Made by a program: the position numbers and the translations under genes
The notes under the pieces: model-generated
What the model was told of the DNA's origin: nothing
Database searches by the model: none
The model's input: the letters and a program-made list of their open reading frames with translations, nothing else
Source of the DNA: a virus
Taxonomy: Duplodnaviria > Caudoviricetes
Reading direction: 5' to 3' (one strand)
IMG/VR virus record: IMGVR_UViG_3300028887_000085
Location: 47,111 to 111,110 of that record
DNA: 64,000 bases
Shown: in pieces, positions 36,498-46,451 of the stretch
Layout: the number at the start of each line of letters is the position of its first letter
How positions within the stretch are numbered: position 1 is the first letter of the stretch

Positions 36498-37814
36498 GTG
36501 GACAAGACCATCAAAAACGCGCTTCTGAGCTACGGCGGGACCGTTTCCGACCCCGCATGGAACGTCCCGGCGCAGTATTCCAGCCGGGAAAACCAATATT
36601 ACATGGCGGAAACGGACCGGTTCAAGAAGAAATACCTGAAATACGCCTCGGATTTCTTCTCCGGGGAAGCGCAGGGACTTTACGGACCGGACGAAGAGAC
36701 GTGGGTGCCCTGCAAATTCCGGCTGGCAGAAGTGGTGCGGCCCAGCAGCGCCATCCAGCGGGAATTTGACGACTATAAGCACCTGATGCTGGACGAACCG
36801 GCCCTGCCCTATATCCCCCAGGGGTCGAAATTCCGGGCGATGGGGGCCGTTTGGCTCATGATAAACCCCCAGGACATCTCCAACGGGGACGGCGGGGGCA
36901 TCGTGAGACGCTGCCGGGCCACCTGGAATCACCTGGACTGGTACGGAAACGTGCTTCACGAGCCGCTGGTGATCGAGACGGACCGGGCGAGCGCCAACTC
37001 CGACGACAGCCAGCAGTGGGACAACATCACCAAAGGCTACTTCAACATCACCTGCCAGTCGAACCGCTGGACGAACCAGCTAAATACCAATTCCCGCCTC
37101 ATTTTCGGCTCCGGGGCTTACCGGATCACCGGTTTCACAGACTTTTTCGAGGAAATGACCGGGGATTTCGACTCCACACGGGTCATCCGATTCACGGCGA
37201 GGTACGAAGAACCCAACGACGAGATCGACGACATGGTGAACCGGGTGGCCGGTGGACTGACCTTCAGCTGGAATATCGAACTCTCCGGAACTCCGACGAT
37301 GACCGTCGGCGGCACGGGGGCAATAGCCCCTACAAGCCGCAGAATGGGCCAGATCGTCGAGGATTCGGAGGAATATCCCATCTCCTACCTTTGGGAAAGT
37401 TCCGACGACAGCGTAGCCAGCGTGGACGAGAGCGGAAACGTGACCGCCAACGCGGAAGGAACGGTGAGGATCACCTGTCGGCTGGCACAAAGGACGAATA
37501 TTATGTCAACCTATGACATGACCGTTGTCGGCGCTGAGAGCGGCGGAAGGGTCGTGTTCCTTCAGGATGTTCCGGCGCAGCTCCGCATGTATCAGACGGT
37601 GACGCTGGAAGCGGAATACATGGAAGACGGAGAAATGACCGGCGTTCCGGTGGAATACACCGTATCCGGGGCGAATACGGCGGCGTATACGGTCGAAGAA
37701 AGCGGAAACAGCCTGACGATCACCTGCTGGGGCGGCAGCGTGACGCCGCTTACGGTGACGGGAACATACGGCAACTACAAGGCAACGGCGGAGATTTCCC
37801 TGAAAGGGATATAA
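36498..37814 (+). CDS. Head closure/neck protein with Big_2 Ig-like domain
   Basis: WESSDDSVASVDESGNVTANAEGTVRIT. Confidence 0.65.
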   Translation: MDKTIKNALLSYGGTVSDPAWNVPAQYSSRENQYYMAETDRFKKKYLKYASDFFSGEAQGLYGPDEETWVPCKFRLAEVVRPSSAIQREFDDYKHLMLDEPALPYIPQGSKFRAMGAVWLMINPQDISNGDGGGIVRRCRATWNHLDWYGNVLHEPLVIETDRASANSDDSQQWDNITKGYFNITCQSNRWTNQLNTNSRLIFGSGAYRITGFTDFFEEMTGDFDSTRVIRFTARYEEPNDEIDDMVNRVAGGLTFSWNIELSGTPTMTVGGTGAIAPTSRRMGQIVEDSEEYPISYLWESSDDSVASVDESGNVTANAEGTVRITCRLAQRTNIMSTYDMTVVGAESGGRVVFLQDVPAQLRMYQTVTLEAEYMEDGEMTGVPVEYTVSGANTAAYTVEESGNSLTITCWGGSVTPLTVTGTYGNYKATAEISLKGI

Positions 37815-37835
37815 CTCGGTGAGGGGGTAAAACCG

Positions 37836-38150
37836 ATGGCTCAGTGGCGAAGGGGTTCTACACCCACGAACGTCTTTAACGTCAATGTGGACCTGCGGAA
37901 TGCAACAATCTATATCACCTACAAGCAGAACAACAAAATCATCGTCGAGAAGACCGGAGACGATATACAGGTCGAGCAAAACCGGCTGACGACCAGCCTG
38001 ACGCAGGCGGAAACCCTCCAATTCTCCGCAGGACCGGTGAGAATCCAGATCCGATACGTTCGGGCGGACGGATTTGCCGACGCTTCCAACATCATCGATA
38101 CGCGGGCGGAGGAGATACTCAAGGACGGTGAGATCAGCTATGGGGTTTAA
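37836..38150 (+). CDS. BppU-N-like structural adaptor
   Basis: RGSTPT..F, ITYKQ, LTQAETL.F, IL.DG. Confidence 0.55.
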   Translation: MAQWRRGSTPTNVFNVNVDLRNATIYITYKQNNKIIVEKTGDDIQVEQNRLTTSLTQAETLQFSAGPVRIQIRYVRADGFADASNIIDTRAEEILKDGEISYGV

Positions 38151-38427
38151 CGCCGTATTTGAGGAATCCGGGAAACTGTCGGCGACGTTTTCTTCCAGCA
38201 GGCCGATGACCGCAGAATTCTCCGGCAGCAGCGGAAGCGGCGGGGGACCCAGCCTGCCTCCCGGCGGCGGACAAGGGGATCTGCTGGCAAAGCGTTCGCC
38301 GGTGGACGGAGACGCGGAGTGGATAACCCCGGCGAACAGCGCCGAAGCGGACAACACGAGGCCGATCACCGCAGCGGCGGTATATACGGAAATCGGAAAC
38401 ATCAACGCCTTGCTGGCGACGATATAG
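38140..38427 (+). CDS. Fibre-associated protein
   Basis: LPPGG..G.LL.K.S..D.D.EW; DNTRPITAAAVY. Confidence 0.55.
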   Translation: MGFNAVFEESGKLSATFSSSRPMTAEFSGSSGSGGGPSLPPGGGQGDLLAKRSPVDGDAEWITPANSAEADNTRPITAAAVYTEIGNINALLATI

Positions 38428-38438
38428 GAGATGGGTAC

Positions 38439-39329
38439 ATGAGCACTGCTACTGAAATTTCCCGGCTGGTAGACGCACGGAATACGATACGGGACAAACT
38501 TGTTGACCTCGGCCTTGCCGCCAGCACGGCCAAGCTGGACGCGCTTGCCACAGCCGTTGACGGTATCACCAATCGCGGCGCGGTGTCGGCCACCGTGCAG
38601 GAGGGAGACACCTATACTATCCCGGCAGGATACCACAACGGCTCCGGAACCGTTTCCGGCGTTGCAGGCGGCGGAAGCTACAATCTCCAGAGCAAAAGCG
38701 TAACGCCGACGAAATCCCAGCAGAGCGTCACGCCGGACAACGGCTACTACGGTCTCTCCGACGTTACGGTGGCCGCTATACCGGAAGCCTACCAGAACGT
38801 GAGCGGCGTGACGGCGACGGCGGGAGACGTGCTCGCTACCAAGGTTTTCGTGGACGCCACCGGCACATCCGTGACCGGCACGATGCAGAACGTGGGCACG
38901 GTCAGCAAGACGCTGGACGCGACCGCGAGCAATCAGTCCTACACCGTACCGGCAGGCAAGCACAGCGGAAGCGGCACGGTGCAGATCGTACTGGAGACGA
39001 AGACCGCCACCCCGGCGGCGGCGAGCCAGGACATAACGCCCACCACGGGGAAGGTGCTGAGCAAAGTCACGGTGGACGCGATCCCCGCCATCTACGGCGA
39101 CGTGAGCAGCGACGACGGCGTGGCCGCAAACGTGCTCGCCGGTGTGAAAGTCCACACCAAGCAGAACGGCGCTGCCGCGCAGATCACCGGGTCTATGGCG
39201 AACAACGGGGCCGTCAGCGGCAGCATTGACGGACTGACGACCACATCCTACTCCGTGCCTGCCGGATATACCTCCGGCGGCACAGTATCTCTTACCAATG
39301 ACATAGAAACTGCGCTTGCGGCGATTTAA
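38439..39329 (+). CDS. Thr/Gly-rich fibre protein
   Basis: IPAGYHNGSG.V, LQSKSVTPT..Q.VTPD.GY.GLS.VTV repeats. Confidence 0.7.
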   Translation: MSTATEISRLVDARNTIRDKLVDLGLAASTAKLDALATAVDGITNRGAVSATVQEGDTYTIPAGYHNGSGTVSGVAGGGSYNLQSKSVTPTKSQQSVTPDNGYYGLSDVTVAAIPEAYQNVSGVTATAGDVLATKVFVDATGTSVTGTMQNVGTVSKTLDATASNQSYTVPAGKHSGSGTVQIVLETKTATPAAASQDITPTTGKVLSKVTVDAIPAIYGDVSSDDGVAANVLAGVKVHTKQNGAAAQITGSMANNGAVSGSIDGLTTTSYSVPAGYTSGGTVSLTNDIETALAAI

Positions 39330-39341
39330 GGGGGTGCTTAT

Positions 39342-40118
39342 ATGAGCATCCAAAGCGAAATCACACGGATATCAGGCAACGTTTCGGATGCCTTGTCGGC
39401 GGTAGCCAACAAAGGCGTGACGGTGCCTGCCGGGTCGAACTCCGACGACCTTGCGACGCTCATCGGGCAGATCCCCGCAGGAGGAAACTATCAGGCCAAG
39501 ACCAACATCAACCCCACCACATCCAGCCAGACTATCGAGCCGGACAACGGCTACGATGCGCTGTCGAGCGTACAGATCAACGCCATGCCGTCCGGAACAG
39601 CGGGGACACCTACGGCATCCAAGGGGACGGTAAGCAACCACTCTGTCAGCGTCACGCCGAGCGTCACGAACACCACCGGCTACATCACGGGTTCCACGAA
39701 AACCGGAACAGCCGTAACGGTATCGGCTTCCGAACTCGTTTCCGGAACATACACCGTGGATTCTTCCGGTACGAAGAACGTCACCAACTACGCATCCGCT
39801 TCCGTTCCGGCGGGAACGGCGGGTACTCCGTCCGCCACAAAAGGAACGGTGTCCAATCACAGCGTATCGGTCACGCCAAGCGTGACCAATCAGACCGGGT
39901 GGATCACGGGTTCGACCAAGACGGGAACGGCGGTCACGGTTTCTGCTTCGGAGCTGGTCAGCGGCAGCGAAACCAAGACGGAAAACGGGACTTACAATGT
40001 CACAAATATTGCCAGTCTTGTTGTAGCCGTGCCTATCGTGACGTATTACACCGGGTCGTCCGCGCCGTCTTCTTCTCTCGGCTCCAACGGGGACATCTAT
40101 TTGCAGACGGGGGCGTAA
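39342..40118 (+). CDS. Fibre protein with ~73-aa internal duplication
   Basis: GTAGTP.A.KGTVSNHSVSVTPSVTN..G.ITGSTKTGTAVTVSASELVSG twice; C-terminal P.S.LG.NGDIY. Confidence 0.7.
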   Translation: MSIQSEITRISGNVSDALSAVANKGVTVPAGSNSDDLATLIGQIPAGGNYQAKTNINPTTSSQTIEPDNGYDALSSVQINAMPSGTAGTPTASKGTVSNHSVSVTPSVTNTTGYITGSTKTGTAVTVSASELVSGTYTVDSSGTKNVTNYASASVPAGTAGTPSATKGTVSNHSVSVTPSVTNQTGWITGSTKTGTAVTVSASELVSGSETKTENGTYNVTNIASLVVAVPIVTYYTGSSAPSSSLGSNGDIYLQTGA

Positions 40119-40121
40119 GGC

Positions 40122-41483
40122 ATGGCAACAATGACGCTCGTTCCGAGCAAATGGAACAATGCCGCATCACAGTATGTGACGATTACAGACCCAAGCAACG
40201 CGTACACGGATACATCCAGCTCGACTTACGCGACTCTGCAAAACACCAATGCGTCAACGTCAAACCGCTACGTTTACCTCCACGGATTTAACTTTGGCTC
40301 ACTTCCCGCAGGGGCCGTGGTTTCAGCTTTTACGGTAAAACTGAAAGGTTACTATACTGGCGGTTCGCAACAAACCCTTTACCTCTGCAACGGAACAACA
40401 ACACAGAGCGGCGCTACAGCCACGGGGCTTACAACGTCCACACAGACTAGGACGTTCAGCAACGGAACGCTTACATGGGACACGATCAGTGGATGGGGAG
40501 AAGATTTCGGCATACGCATCAACGCCAGACGCGGAAGCCGTAACACGGTTGGTTACTATTATATCTACGGCGCTGAGATAGAAGTTACCTATACTGTACC
40601 GGTCCATTACTCTGTCACGATTTCCAACAGCACAAGCGCTGCGGTGGAAGCGAGCGACACCAACCCATTACAAGGCGAAGATGTCATTATCTCCACCGAC
40701 ACCATAAGCGGGCTGACGATCAAGGATAACAGAACTGACGTAACGAGCCAGTTCACCCCGGCTTCCGGAGATACCGTTTCCGCAGTTCCCGGAACAAGCT
40801 TTACAACGGGGTTCAGCCAGAGCAGCGGTGCATTTTATCAAAATTCCAGCACAACGAGTACCGCGTGGCTGGAATATGCAATCGGACATTCTGCCGAAAG
40901 CCCATATTCTACCAGCAACACCAGTAACACCTATGTCAAACCGGAAGGGTCTACCGGGTGGATCAATTATCAGTTTGACTTCTCCATGATTCCAACATCA
41001 GCGACTATCAACTCCGTGTCTGTAAAGGTATATGGGGCGCGAGAAGACTCAACAATAGATTCCACACACGTAGCGAGATTCCAATGCTACAGCGGAACTA
41101 CAGCAAAAGGGATAATCCAGAACTTCACCAGCACTTCCAACGGAAGCGTTACGGTTTCTGACGTTGGGACTTGGACGGCAGCAGAACTGCACAGCGCGCA
41201 GCTACGGTTTGAACTGGGATATTACGGCGGTCGAATGCTTGGCATTACATGGACGGTCACATATACCATGTCCGGCTATGTCTACACCATAACCAACATT
41301 CAAGCAGACCACACGATCATCGTTACAAGCGGCGGCGGTCCTACCGATACCATCTACTTCAAGAACAACGGCGCATGGGTCGCGGCGACAAAGGTCTATA
41401 AAAAAGTCAACGGAGCATGGGTGCAGCAGACGAATCTCGCAAACGTATTCGACCCGCAGACGAACTACGTCAAAGGGAACTGA
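40122..41483 (+). CDS. Ser/Thr-rich beta-sandwich fibre/adhesin protein (two related domains)
   Basis: F.F..LP..A....V.V motif twice; YTITNIQADHTI; K.NGAW tail; lower GC. Confidence 0.6.
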   Translation: MATMTLVPSKWNNAASQYVTITDPSNAYTDTSSSTYATLQNTNASTSNRYVYLHGFNFGSLPAGAVVSAFTVKLKGYYTGGSQQTLYLCNGTTTQSGATATGLTTSTQTRTFSNGTLTWDTISGWGEDFGIRINARRGSRNTVGYYYIYGAEIEVTYTVPVHYSVTISNSTSAAVEASDTNPLQGEDVIISTDTISGLTIKDNRTDVTSQFTPASGDTVSAVPGTSFTTGFSQSSGAFYQNSSTTSTAWLEYAIGHSAESPYSTSNTSNTYVKPEGSTGWINYQFDFSMIPTSATINSVSVKVYGAREDSTIDSTHVARFQCYSGTTAKGIIQNFTSTSNGSVTVSDVGTWTAAELHSAQLRFELGYYGGRMLGITWTVTYTMSGYVYTITNIQADHTIIVTSGGGPTDTIYFKNNGAWVAATKVYKKVNGAWVQQTNLANVFDPQTNYVKGN

Positions 41484-41517
41484 TACAGAGTTTTTTGAAA
41501 AAAGGAGTGTTTTAGAC

Positions 41518-41844
41518 ATGGCAAATCTGGCAGATTTCGTGTTTCTGGACACGAGCAGCACCGTCACGACGAGCAACACCTTTTATCTCCCCTACGACAC
41601 GAACGAGGTGATCGTGCAGGCGACGGGCAGCGGCACCATCGACATCACGGTGCAGGGCAAGGCGGACGCGGAGAACGGAAGCTTTGCCGACCTGAGTGTC
41701 ATCAAATGCGCGGGATTCGACACGGCGGACAAGATCGAGGCGGCGGGCATCTACATCGTCCCGGCGGCGGGCATCCGGCAGATGCAGGTCGTCAACGGGC
41801 AGGCGGCGGGCAGCGTGACGGTCTTCGGCGCTGCCGTGAGCTGA
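41518..41844 (+). CDS. Structural hypothetical protein
   Basis: AAGGAG RBS; beta-rich. Confidence 0.6.
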   Translation: MANLADFVFLDTSSTVTTSNTFYLPYDTNEVIVQATGSGTIDITVQGKADAENGSFADLSVIKCAGFDTADKIEAAGIYIVPAAGIRQMQVVNGQAAGSVTVFGAAVS

Positions 41845-41859
41845 GAGGGGGCGGCGGAG

Positions 41860-42186
41860 ATGTCGTTTGACAGCACTTCTTATCTGATGGGCAGAGGCTC
41901 CGCTGGCGGCGGCGGAGGCGGCGGAGGCGGCTCGTCCGTGCTGGTGGTGAATGTTACATCTTCCGGTACCATATACACTATGGATAAAACGTTCAAGCAA
42001 ATTTTTGACGGGATGATCTCAGGCGGCGTTGTCGTTGTAGATTCATCGGGAATCGGTATATACATCCAAGCTGTGACAAGCGTTTATACAGAAGATGGAC
42101 TGTACGAAGTTGCAATTGGGGATGTAACATATGTAGCAGATAGCGAAGACGGATATCCTTACTATGTAAGTGCATCCCCAACGTGA
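41860..42186 (+). CDS. Small fibre-associated protein with poly-Gly linker
   Basis: GGGGGGG-VLVVN..LDKT..I; low-GC 3' half. Confidence 0.6.
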   Translation: MSFDSTSYLMGRGSAGGGGGGGGGSSVLVVNVTSSGTIYTMDKTFKQIFDGMISGGVVVVDSSGIGIYIQAVTSVYTEDGLYEVAIGDVTYVADSEDGYPYYVSASPT

Positions 42187-42276
42187 ACGACGCTTCACTT
42201 TGGCACCAAAATGCCGGGATAAGGGAAAAAGATAAGTATAGAATCGCAAATTCCATGAAAAGAAAGGAAAAACGGA

Positions 42277-42858
42277 ATGGACAGCGAGAAGATCACCGCC
42301 GGGGCGGTCCTTACGGAAGAACATCTGCGGGAAAACGCCGCAGCTTATATCCCCCTGGGGGAGAAGGAAAAGTTCATCAAGGCGGTATCTGTGGGCTGCT
42401 TCGACCAAATGGAGATCGCCGACGAGAACGGGGAACCCCTGCCCCCGTTTTACAAGGAAAGCCCCGTCAGCAAGCTCAGATACATGACGGCGGCACTCCT
42501 GAAGCTCTATCTCCGCATCGGCTTCGACACGGAGCGGGAGGACGACCCCTGGAGCATCACGGAAGAGAGCTTCGACGCAGCGGCGCAGAGCTTCCTGCTG
42601 AGCCAGCTTGAGCGGATGAAGAAGCGGACGGCGGACAAGAGCTTGCAGGACAAGATATACGACCTGCTGGCGGACTACAAGACGCTGGAAAAGCTTTTGA
42701 ACGCGGAATGCTACGGTATGCTCCCCGCCATGAACGACACCCTGTCCCGCTTCCAGATGATGATGGCGGCGAAGACCACGCCGGAAGCCATGGACGCGCT
42801 CATGAAGAGCGTGGAGGAAACGAAGCGGGAGCTGGAGGCATTCAAGGCGGCGAAGTGA
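42277..42858 (+). CDS. Tail-module hypothetical protein (chaperone-like)
   Basis: RBS; acidic, 193 aa. Confidence 0.55.
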   Translation: MDSEKITAGAVLTEEHLRENAAAYIPLGEKEKFIKAVSVGCFDQMEIADENGEPLPPFYKESPVSKLRYMTAALLKLYLRIGFDTEREDDPWSITEESFDAAAQSFLLSQLERMKKRTADKSLQDKIYDLLADYKTLEKLLNAECYGMLPAMNDTLSRFQMMMAAKTTPEAMDALMKSVEETKRELEAFKAAK

Positions 42859-42876
42859 CGGGGGAGACGGGGGTAG

Positions 42877-43028
42877 CGGATTGCCACGGCCTACGGCCTC
42901 GCAATGACGGGGGACGGGGGACGAATGCTCCCTCAGTCGCTGCGCGACAGCTTCCCTAAAGGGAAGCCGGGGCGGCGGCGCGGGCTCCCTCAGTCGCCTC
43001 CGGCGACAGCTCCCTCCCGGAGGGAGCC
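42877..43028. repeat. Composite REP-like palindromes: one GATTGCCAC..CTCGCAATGAC unit and two CTCCCTCAGTC..GACAGCTCCCT..GGGAGCC units
   Basis: Units at 42877-42908, 42927-42968, 42983-43028. Confidence 0.8.
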
Positions 43029-43077
43029 GGGGACGTGAGCGCGGACGCTGCGGCGGGACGAAGGACGGAGAACGGAG

Positions 43078-43803
43078 GTGAGCGGGAACATGGACGACGA
43101 CAGGGAGATCAGCGTGGACAGCCCCACCTATCCCTATGAGCGGGTGGCGGACTTCCCCAAAATGGAGATGGCCGCAGAGATCCCCCTCATCATCTGCCGG
43201 TATCTCATGGACCTGCCCATGCCGGGATATACGCCGAAGGACGACAACCGATTCCCCCGGTGCCGCCTGATGAAGCGGCTGTGGTACGACGACCCGGACC
43301 CGCTGGGGAAAGCGCTGCCCACGCCGGAAGAAAAGCTTTCCATGCTCTTCGACGGGAACCACCCCACCCTCAACACGAAGGAAGAGCAGACCCAGCACCC
43401 GCAGGGATACCGGCTTTACCCCCTGCAATGGTGGATGCAGAGCCAGATCGAGGCGCAGACGAGCCTCAAAGTCTATATGGGGCGGGAGACGCCGCTGGAC
43501 GATTTCCGGGTGGAGATCGGCGTCATCTTTGATATCTACTGCAACGCCAACCTGGAGACGGGAATGGGCGTGGCCGGTCTCAGCAAAGCCTACAGCATGG
43601 AGAAGGACATCGTGGACGCCCTGCACGGGGTCAACTTCGCGGGCGTCGGGGTGATGAACTATTCCCGGCACACCCACGGCGACGCGGGAAGCCAGAACTT
43701 CTACGACGAAAGCGGCACGAACGTGGGGCGGCGGCTCGTCATGAGCCTCACCTATATGGCCGGAGGCGGCGGAACCGTGGAAAGCTGGGGCGTCATGCGG
43801 TAA
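43078..43803 (+). CDS. Tail terminator/completion protein (putative)
   Basis: GGAGG RBS; synteny. Confidence 0.5.
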   Translation: MSGNMDDDREISVDSPTYPYERVADFPKMEMAAEIPLIICRYLMDLPMPGYTPKDDNRFPRCRLMKRLWYDDPDPLGKALPTPEEKLSMLFDGNHPTLNTKEEQTQHPQGYRLYPLQWWMQSQIEAQTSLKVYMGRETPLDDFRVEIGVIFDIYCNANLETGMGVAGLSKAYSMEKDIVDALHGVNFAGVGVMNYSRHTHGDAGSQNFYDESGTNVGRRLVMSLTYMAGGGGTVESWGVMR

Positions 43804-43825
43804 GTACGCCCTGCGTGTAGGACGT

Positions 43826-43863
43826 GGGAGACGGATTGCCACGGGCTTCGCCCTCGCAATGAC
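43826..43863. repeat. REP-like palindrome GGAGACGGATTGCCACGGGCTTCGCCCTCGCAATGAC
   Basis: Same family as 42877 and 61788. Confidence 0.85.
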
Positions 43864-43943
43864 GGGGAAGGGAAACAGCGGAGGGAACAGGAGCACACCG
43901 CCTGGGAAATCCGTTGATTCATAGATTCGGGAGGAAGCAGAAA

Positions 43944-44777
43944 GTGAGCGATATCCCGGAAAAATATCTCAAGCAGATCCGCCGGTATGAGCCGGTGGAC
44001 ACGGAGGGAATGCGGTTTTACCCCATTCTCGTGGAGGAATACGAGGAATTCCTGCTGGCGCGTTCGGCAATCGACTTCATGCAGCAAAGGCTCCCGCGCA
44101 TGATGGTCAACATGCCCATCCTGCAAGCCTATTACCTGCTGGACAGCCAGAGCATCGAGGACGAACAGATTCCCACCGGTCTTATGGCGAGAGCGCTGCT
44201 TTTCTTGGCCCTGAGCCTCCGATTGGGGCAGGGCCTCCCTGTAGAGAATCGCATCGCACTGTTTCGCCCGCGAATCAGCGAAAGCGGAAGACTGAAATCT
44301 CTGCTGTTTTCGCCGGACGGCGAAGAAATCTGCGAGATCACCCCGGCGGCGTTCCAGCGACTGCGCCCCATTCTGGCGGCGCAGAACGGACTGGAAATCC
44401 AGCCGGACGACGCGAACCCGGCGCTGGTGGACGCGGAGCAGGAGCTGGCGAAGAAGAAAGCGCCGGAGCTGGTGACGGAACCGGAAAGCCTCGTAGCCTC
44501 CGTGGCGGCACTGAGCGGGGCCGACGAAAAAGAAATCTACGAATGGCCCATAGCGAAGCTACTGAACCGCCAGAGGGCGCTTCACCGTGCGCTGGATTAT
44601 CTCATCTGCGGGATCGGCGAAGCGCAGGGAACCAAATGGAAGAAAGGCAACCCATGTCCTAACCCCTTCTTCGACCGGAAAAAGGAAGGAAGCGCGGCGA
44701 AGGTCGCGCTGACGGAATTTGCGAGCGGCGCTGCCCTGAACGCCGTGCGCGAAGGGATCGAAGGGACACAGCAATAA
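43944..44777 (+). CDS. Tail-module hypothetical protein (chaperone-like)
   Basis: GGAGG RBS and GTG; 277 aa. Confidence 0.55.
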   Translation: MSDIPEKYLKQIRRYEPVDTEGMRFYPILVEEYEEFLLARSAIDFMQQRLPRMMVNMPILQAYYLLDSQSIEDEQIPTGLMARALLFLALSLRLGQGLPVENRIALFRPRISESGRLKSLLFSPDGEEICEITPAAFQRLRPILAAQNGLEIQPDDANPALVDAEQELAKKKAPELVTEPESLVASVAALSGADEKEIYEWPIAKLLNRQRALHRALDYLICGIGEAQGTKWKKGNPCPNPFFDRKKEGSAAKVALTEFASGAALNAVREGIEGTQQ

Positions 44778-44798
44778 GCGGAAAAGGGGGCGGACAAG

Positions 44799-45206
44799 AC
44801 GGCGGTCACATCAGCACAAGCACCAATCATCACCGTGCAGCCGATATCGGCTGGATATAACGCGGGGGACCTGGCGGCATATCTGATCGTAGACGCCCAA
44901 TCCCCGGACGGCGGAACCTTGTCTTATCGGTGGCAGGAGAGCCCGGACGGCCTGAACTGGCTGGACATCTTCGACGCCGAGACGGACATGTATAAGCCGA
45001 CCACGGAGCTGGCTACAGGCCAGATACGGCAGATAACCTTCTACCGGGCGGTGGTGACGAACTGGAAACCGGGTCTTTATCCCTATACAGACCTCTATCC
45101 GTCGAGCACCCTGTATCCGGCGAAAGACGGATACAGAGCCACCGCAAACTCCAACGCCGCACAGATCACCATTTATCCTCAATACCGACAAAGGAGTGAT
45201 AACCCT
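44799..45206 (+). CDS. Ig-like N-terminal extension in frame with the major tail protein; probable ACG start
   Basis: AAGGGGG RBS 8 nt before ACG-GCG-GTC; APIITVQP...GTLSYRWQ.S.DG..W..I..A....Y.P...YRAVVTN; no stop before ATG 45207. Confidence 0.55.
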
Positions 45207-46331
45207 ATGATTACCTTTACCGATAAGTCCCTCTTCCTGAAGGGCGTCGGCAATGTCATTCTGACGGACCCCGATACCGGGGACATCATGTATCAGAGCA
45301 AAAACTTCTCCACCGGCAGCGTCAGCACCAGCGTGAACCTCAACGAGATCCGCGCCGGTCTCGGCAACCCCGTCGTCGCCACCCTGCCCTCCGACGCCAA
45401 CCTGACGGTGGAATTCACCGCCGCTGATTTCAACCTGTGGGAGAAAGCCGCACAGGTGGGCGCGGCGCTGAGCTACGGCGCTCCCGTGCCCGTGGCGCAG
45501 ATCGTTACGGCGTCGGGAAGCAGCCTTTCCATCGACGTGACGGACGGCGTTCCCGTGGCGCAGCTCGGCTTCACCGACGCCGTGTGCTACATCCAGCCCG
45601 TCGGCGCGGCCAGCCCCGTCATCCGGGACGGAACCGCCTATCCCATCAGCGCCGCCGGTGCCATCGACGGCTTCTCCGCCAACAACGGACAGCAGTACAA
45701 GGTGTGGTACTGGGTGCAGAAGGCCACGGCCCGCAAGGCCGTTATCGGCTCGCTCATGGACCCCAAGATCGTGCATTTCACCGCCTCCTTCGCAGTGTAC
45801 GCCAACGTGGGCGGCAGCGCCAACAGCGGCACCCGCGTGGGCTGGCTGTACGTCACGGTGCCGGAGCTCAAGATGCAGGCCAACGCCAACATCAACGGCG
45901 ACCAGACCAATGCCGATACCACGGTCATCACCGGCATGGCCCTGAGCGAGGACGAAGCGGTGGTATCCGCCACCACGGACCTCTGCGGCGATGTCTCCAA
46001 TCCCCTCGCCTACTACGTCTACAGCCCCTGCTCCGACGCCGAGATCGTGCAGGGCGTCGCCGTGGTGGGCGGCCTGGTGAGCCTCGTCAAGAGCACCAGC
46101 AAGCAGATCCCCGTGTATCTGGTGATGCCGGACAACACCCTGGTGAAGCCCACCAGCTATTCCACCGGCTTTACCTACACCGGCTCCGGCCTGCCCAGCG
46201 GCACGACCGTGAGCGCCGCAGGCGTCATCTCGGCGGGGTCTACCGCCGGGGACGGCGAAGTGGTGATCTCCTGGACGGACGGAGACGCGACCTTCACCTG
46301 CCCGGTCAACGTGAGCGTCACCAACTCCTGA
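45207..46331 (+). CDS. Major tail (tube) protein with C-terminal Ig-like domain
   Basis: AAAGGAGTG RBS, strong codon bias, EIRAGLGN motif, followed by a terminator. Confidence 0.7.
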   Translation: MITFTDKSLFLKGVGNVILTDPDTGDIMYQSKNFSTGSVSTSVNLNEIRAGLGNPVVATLPSDANLTVEFTAADFNLWEKAAQVGAALSYGAPVPVAQIVTASGSSLSIDVTDGVPVAQLGFTDAVCYIQPVGAASPVIRDGTAYPISAAGAIDGFSANNGQQYKVWYWVQKATARKAVIGSLMDPKIVHFTASFAVYANVGGSANSGTRVGWLYVTVPELKMQANANINGDQTNADTTVITGMALSEDEAVVSATTDLCGDVSNPLAYYVYSPCSDAEIVQGVAVVGGLVSLVKSTSKQIPVYLVMPDNTLVKPTSYSTGFTYTGSGLPSGTTVSAAGVISAGSTAGDGEVVISWTDGDATFTCPVNVSVTNS

Positions 46332-46346
46332 GCGAAAAGAAAAGAC

Positions 46347-46376
46347 AAAGCCCCCGGCTTTAGGGCCGGGGGCATT
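46347..46376. terminator. Hairpin terminator after the tail tube gene
   Basis: GCCCCCGGC-TTTAGG-GCCGGGGGC. Confidence 0.6.
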
Positions 46377-46451
46377 GTTGAAATAGGGGACAAATCAAAG
46401 AGCGCATGACATGCACGTTTTGATTTGTGCCCTGAAAAGGGAGGGAAAACC

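Noticed and set aside
39590-39965. Direct repeat suggesting a DGR template/variable pair
   Set aside because: Differences are mostly synonymous, not adenine-specific, and no reverse transcriptase is present; in-gene duplication.
46387-46430. CAAATCAAA/TTTGATTTG hairpin as a fifth copy of the dispersed element
   Set aside because: Lacks the CGTCCTT/AGGACG motifs and stem 1; similarity too weak.
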